Assembly (NCBI RefSeq): GCF_009914755.1
Contig: NC_060947.1
DNA: 64,000 nucleotides
From: the human T2T-CHM13v2.0 reference genome, Homo sapiens
Strand: one strand, 5' to 3'
Shown: piece by piece, positions 58,505 to 64,000 of the stretch
How positions within the stretch are numbered: the first letter of the stretch is position 1
How the letters are laid out: every line of letters starts with the position of its first letter
Notes under the pieces: generated by a model
The model's input: the letters and a program-made list of their open reading frames with translations, nothing else
Told to the model about the DNA's origin: nothing
Database searches by the model: none
Translations under genes and position numbers: made by a program

Positions 58505-58645
58505 AATGGTAAATAGTCATAGACATTTAGGGAATGATTCACGGTGTATTGTATGCTGCAGTCTCCTTAAGCAAGGGGTTCAGGGAGTGGAAAACACAGT
58601 GAAAGAGTCAGAAGTCAGAGAATGTCAAACATGTATTTGAAAATA

Positions 58646-58984
58646 TGTCTTAGTGAGCTCAGGCTGTTGTAACAAAATTCCGTAGACTGGGTGACTTAAA
58701 TAATACAAACTTATTTTCTCACAGTTCTAGAAGCTGGAAATCTAAGATCGAAGTGCCAACATGATTGGGTTCTGGTAAAAGGTCCTTTTGTAGATGGCTG
58801 CCATCTTGCTGTATGCTTACATGGCAGAGAGAGAGAGAAAGAGAGAAAGCAAGCTCCCTGGTGTCCACCCTCACAACTTCATCAAAACCTAATTGCCTCT
58901 CAAAGGCCCCATCTCCTAATTTCATCGCACTAGAGGTTAAGGTTTTAACATGTGAATATGGGGGAGACTATTCAGTCTGTAGCA
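58646..58984 (-). mobile_element. MLT1A/MSTD-like solo LTR
   Basis: tgtcttagtgagctcaggctgttgtaacaaaattccgtagactggg ... ttcagtctgtagca. Confidence 0.85.
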
Positions 58985-59231
58985 AGATGCAACATATTTT
59001 GTATTGTTTGTTTAAAAGACTAAAATATATCAGCTTTATATTAACTTACATACTTTTGCATTGTTTGTCTAAAAGACTCAACATATTAATTCATTATCCT
59101 TTTTTAGAGTATATAGTTAGTTCTCAAGGAATAATGTCACTACATATTAAGTTTGAAATACTGAAGACATACTCCTTAGGACAACATGTGCTGTTGGTAA
59201 TTGAATATGAGCAACACGCCAACCTTTTAGC

Positions 59232-59418
59232 TAGCAATACTCAAATGTTTGTGTGCATTGAAAATCTCCTGAGGATTTGGTTAAAATGCAGATGCCTGGG
59301 CTCCAGAGTTGGCACATCTGATCTGGTAGGTCTGGAGTGGGAATCTGCCCTTTTAACCAGAGGCCCAGGGTGATTCTGCCGCAGATAAGTAAGGATTGCA
59401 CTTTAGAGAACACCTCAC
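59232..59418. mobile_element. MER5B-like hAT MITE
   Basis: gttaaaatgcagatgcctgggctcca...gaatctgcccttttaacc...ggtgattctg...cactttagagaacac. Confidence 0.75.
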
Positions 59419-59697
59419 TGGGTAAGTTAGCAATAACTTTGTCCTTCAAACTGAGTTCCACTTTCTGCTGCCTCTTTCCATGGCATGACAGGCAAGGACA
59501 CTGCAACACCTGTAAGAGGTCTGGTGGGTATTTAGGGCTGTGCTAGGTACTGAAACAACAGGGAGAGGGGTTTCTGACAGCCAAAAATCTACTACCTTAA
59601 CTACACAAGCACGCGTGCAAACACACACACACACACACAATTCTGCCTCTTTTCTCCACTATAGTTGTCATCAACTCATCAAACACCCATTCTTCCC

Positions 59698-60535
59698 TAA
59701 AAGGAAAAACTTTTTTTAATACTTACAACACTTCTGACACCAGACTTCTGGGGGTTTGGACACCAAACGTCCAATCAACCAATTATCTAACTCTCCAGAT
59801 ACTAGCAGGATGTTCTACAATTCAAATCTGACCCCACAGGCAAAGGGTTTAGTCCCACAAGACTTCACATGCCAGTCATTAAGTCCCAGATTGTCACCTG
59901 TATGTCAGACCAACTGGCTATAAATTGGGGTTTCCTACAACTGCTTCTTCATCTTTGATAATTTGCTATAATGCCTCCCAAAACTCAGGGAAATATTTAC
60001 TGGCTTATTATGAAGTATTTTACAACGGATACAAATGAACAGCCAGACAGAAAGGTGAATAGGGTGAAATATATAGGAAGGGGTGCAGAGCTTTCATGCC
60101 CTCTCTGGGTGCACCATCCTCTCAGCACTTTGATGTGCTCACCAACTCAGAAGTTCTCCAAATCCTATTGTTTAGGGTTTTCATGGAGGCTTCATTACGT
60201 AGGCATGATTGTTTAAATAATTGGCCATTGGTGACCAGCTCAACCTTCAACACCATTCCCCTCACTAGAGTCAGAGGGTGGCACTGAAAGTCCCAACTCT
60301 CCAATTATACCTCGTCCTGAAGCTATCTAGGGGTCCCCAGTCAACAGTCATCTCAGTATGCAAGAGACACTCATCACTCCAGAGATTCTAGAAATTTTTG
60401 TGTCAGGAACCAGGGACTAAGACCAAATATTATAACAAAAAATGCTCCTATCACCAAGGAAATTACAAGAGTTTTAGGAGTTCTGTGTCTGGGACTGGGA
60501 GCAGAGGCCAAATATATATTTCTTATTATGTCATA
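59698..60535 (-). mobile_element. MER21-family LTR
   Basis: acaacacttctgacacca..., ctggctataaattgggg, gagctttcatgccctctctgggtgcacca, terminus gcagaggccaaatatatatttcttattatgtcata. Confidence 0.85.
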
Positions 60536-61775
60536 TCCACTCTCGGTGAAAAACTGGCAGTGGGGCCTATTGAAGCCTATGGAAGTCGTGGAAATGCATT
60601 AGTTTGAAGTGAAATGCCCTCACGGGTATGGAAATGTAGCTGTAACTGAGAGTCCTCAATTTGGTTTAAATGCTTGCAGCATTGTGCAAGGAGTCATTTG
60701 CATTTCAAAAAGAAGGACCAGCAAGGGAAGAAACGGTGCAAAAAGATTTGCTGGCGGAAGAGGGGGAGCTTGTGGGCAGCTCAGGGAGATGCAGGAGGTA
60801 GGTGCAGCTCCACACTGCACTGTCACTGAGAGGATAAGCATAATGCCTTTAAATAAGTAAGTAAAGGAAGACAGTGAAATAAAGACAATTTTTGTAATCT
60901 GATATAGCCCAGCCCAGCACAATCCAAGCTCTTAAAATAAATGGGAGTTTAAGAATATCATTTTTATCTCCATGCTAGACTTCTATATTTAACAGGCCTC
61001 ACTTCTTTTCATACCCAAGAGTATTCACAGAATGCAAGGGTAAAGCTCAGCTAACTTGAGGATGGAATTTAATTATTATACGTTTTAAAAGAACCAGCAC
61101 AGCAACTGTGTGCGATGTGGATGACTAGAACAAGTGAAATCCGCTTTGGCCCCTTTTTGATTCACACTATAGGAGGGATTACACTTCCTAGTATTATTAT
61201 TATGATCGTCATTATTATAATTCAAGTATTAATACACATATTTTAAAAACCCACTCTAATCTGGTAATGGAGTTGACTGTGGAAAAGTGAATTACTTATT
61301 TGTTTCATTTTACCTATGTATATTATGACTAAAAATTTATGTTATTTAACTAGGGGTTAAAATAGGGATTAATTAGCATGAATCAGATATAAAAATGAAG
61401 GGGAAAAATTTAAAAAATAAATCAGTTTTGTATTCATCACTTAACTATTTTTCACCTCATTTTAATTAAAGAGAAGAGAGAAAGTTAGCTTTTATTTTCC
61501 ACCCTCAGCTATTACTTCACTGAAGGTTGAAAGATAATGAATAAGTAGTTTCTAAGTGTTCTTTTGTGATGAGAGAACATTTTTCAAAGAGAACAATTTT
61601 CAACAGCTTTCAAGAAGCTGTTGCTTAAAACATCTTTCTCTTGTATGAGGAACAAATAAAATAGAATCCAGTGATCAGACTGTGTTTGCAACAGTTGTTT
61701 GTTAAGCCTGGGACTTTTTAAAAACAAGTATATAATTATTCATCTAATCTAAACTTTGCATTTTTCTGTTTGCAG

Positions 61776-61931
61776 GTCAAACTCCCAAGAGTTTGAGGTC
61801 GAATTTGATGGAACACCCAGATGTCCTCAGCTGCCATGGAGAATACTTACCATATTTGCTTGCATATTTTCCCTATTATACTGGCAGACACTTTTAGTTG
61901 TTAACATAGAGGAAAGAGGTGAATTAAGGAG
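61776..61931 (+). other. Candidate spliced exon (unverified)
   Basis: Branch-like ctaat, pyrimidine tract and tttgcag|G acceptor; donors GAG|gtgaat (61919) or GAG|gtaacc (61932); lies in non-repeat sequence. Confidence 0.3.
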
Positions 61932-62126
61932 GTAACCTATTAATCACTGTAGCTTGGGGCCAATATCAACTTTGATGTAACCCAAGGCTTTCGGCTTTAT
62001 TATATTTTTTTTCAGAAAGAAGCCATTGTTTCACATGTGGCTAATAAAATAATAATAATAAAGATAGTAATAATAGAAGAAAAAGAGCTGACACTCACTG
62101 AGCACCTACTATCCCCACTATACAAG

Positions 62127-62129
<3 letters not shown>

Positions 62130-62160
<31 letters not shown>
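62130..62160. repeat. (CA)n microsatellite
   Basis: About 15 uninterrupted AC units. Confidence 0.95.
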
Positions 62161-62161
<1 letters not shown>

Positions 62162-62851
62162 TTTGCCTCTTGTCTTTATCGCTGTCATCACCTCATCACA
62201 CACTTATTCTCCTCTCTTCTGGTAAAACTAGCAAAGGTACCTGTTGAAGCCTACAGAAGTCTTGGAGATGCATTGGTTTGATGTGAAATGCCTTCACAGT
62301 GTGGAAGTGTGGCTCTAACTAAAGATTTCTCAGCATGGTCCAAATGTTTGCAGCATTATGTAGGGGGTCTGGCAAATGATGAAATTGTGCAAAAGGATCT
62401 GCCTGGGGTTGTGGGTGGGGAAGGATATTTCCTTTTTAAAGACCTAACTTCTCTCCTAAACAGCAAGAGCAGGAAATAACAGCCCCGTGAATTTAAAAAA
62501 TATGAAAAGACTACCAGGACTGGAAACCCTAGCACATAGCAACTGCCAGTCTAGGGAACTCCCACAGGTCTAGAAACTACTGTTTGCCTCTAGCAAAAAT
62601 TAGGAGAAGAAAGTTTCCTTGCCTGTTATTAATTGCCAAAACATATGTGTCAAACTTTAATTGATACAAGAGCTTCTTGGGACATTTACACATGAATGGA
62701 GAGAAAAAGGAGGCAATATCTAGGGTTTTGCCCTTAATCGTCTTTTGTAATTTTCTCAAGTATAACAAATGCTGAATTCTCCAGAGGAATAAACTCAAAG
62801 ATTTAGGAAACTTGGATACCAACAAGACATACCTTTTTCATCTTTGCCAGG

Positions 62852-63019
62852 TGCTCTAGTTTGGATGTTTGACTCCCCAAACCTCATGTGGAAATGTGAT
62901 CCCCAATGTTGGAGGTGGGGGAAGGTGTTAGGGACATGGGGACGGATCCCTCAGGAACAGCAAAACGTCCTCCAGGTCTGATTGTTAAAGAGAGCCTGGC
63001 ACACCTCCTCCCCTTCTTG

Positions 63020-63052
<33 letters not shown>

Positions 63053-63222
63053 TCTCTCTCTCTCTCCCTCTCCTCTCTCTCTTTCTCCCTTTCTCTCTCC
63101 CTCTTCCCCCCTCTCTTACCATGTGATTTCCGCTTCCCTTTGCCTTCCACCATTAGTGGAAGCTTCCTGAGTTTCTCATCAAAATAGATACTGGTGGCAT
63201 GCTTCTTGTACAGCTTGCAGAA
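62852..63222 (+). mobile_element. MSTB-like LTR, 3'-truncated, with a (TC)n expansion at about 63020-63115
   Basis: tgctctagtttggatgtttgactccccaaacctcatgtggaaatgtgatccccaatgttggaggtgggg...catgcttcttgtacagcttgcagaa. Confidence 0.82.
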
Positions 63223-63442
63223 TAGTACTTAGGGAAATTTATTTCCTTTTTTCTTGTTTTCTTTCTTTTTTCTTCCCCTTCCTCTTTCCTCCCTCACTCG
63301 CTCACTCCCTAACTCACTCTCTCTCTCTCTCACCTCTTGTTTTATTGCAAAATGTGTATGTTGAGGGAGGTTGGCATATATAAATATGAGATAAACCTAA
63401 GAGACAACATGAAAAGTTTCCTCAAGTAAAAAGCATGGAAAG

Positions 63443-63769
<327 letters not shown>

Positions 63770-63824
63770 TTAAGAGAGGGGAGGATAAGAGGGAAGGAGA
63801 AACACCAAAAGCTTCATGAGTACC

Positions 63825-64000
63825 TTTTTTTTTTTTTTAATTATACTTTAAGTTTTAGGGTACATGTGCACATTGTGCAGGTTAGTTACATATGTATACA
63901 TGTGCCATGCTGGTGTGCTGCACCCACTAACTCGTCATCTAGCATTAGGTATATCTCCCGATGCTAACCCTCCCCCCTTCCCCCACCCCACAACAGTACC
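63825..64000 (-). mobile_element. L1PA2-like 3' end, running off the window
   Basis: Poly(T), then attatactttaagttttagggtacatgtgcacattgtgc...cccactaactcgtcatctagc; has GAG and A, not ACA and G, at the Ta diagnostic sites. Confidence 0.9.

Larger units (their letters stand above)
59589..62375 (+). repeat. Diverged direct duplication: copy 1 = 59589-59697 plus 60536-60700; copy 2 = 62107-62375
   Basis: Collinear blocks ctacta..acta(c/t)acaagca-(CA)n-tt(c/t)tgcctctt..tgtcatca(a/c)ctcatca and tgaagccta..gaagtc.tgga.atgcatt.gtttga.gtgaaatgcc.tcac..tgcagcatt. Confidence 0.9.

Noticed and set aside
58765-59373. Longest ORF in the track (202 aa)
   Set aside because: It runs across an MLT1 LTR, AT-rich filler and a MER5 element, with no recognisable domain; a chance ORF
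62884-63187. ORFs with (ER)n and (SL)n runs
   Set aside because: Translations of the (TC)n microsatellite inside an MST LTR

Overview
This window is human genomic DNA, not prokaryotic: it carries an L1HS-Ta insertion with the human-specific diagnostic bases, many Alus, and THE1/MST LTRs. Most of it is decayed transposable elements (L1M/L1P, L2, MIR, Alu, MaLR/ERVL LTRs, Tigger/hAT/mariner MITEs), often nested several layers deep. I found no protein-coding gene, RNA gene or CRISPR array that the sequence supports. The ORF track is explained by L1, Alu and LTR remnants or by chance, and I see no undescribed multi-gene system. The most notable observations are structural. (1) A 234-bp, 98%-identical inverted duplication is inserted into an old MER44 element. 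(2) A two-LTR MST element has an internal inversion, a duplicated 3' end and a fold-back. (3) A young L1HS-Ta insertion is probably polymorphic. (4) An ancient duplicated (CA)n-containing unit has one copy split by a MER21 LTR. (5) There is a candidate + strand exon near 61.8 kb. Repeat family names come from recalled consensus motifs, not a RepeatMasker/Dfam run, so subfamily calls and most boundaries of old elements are approximate.
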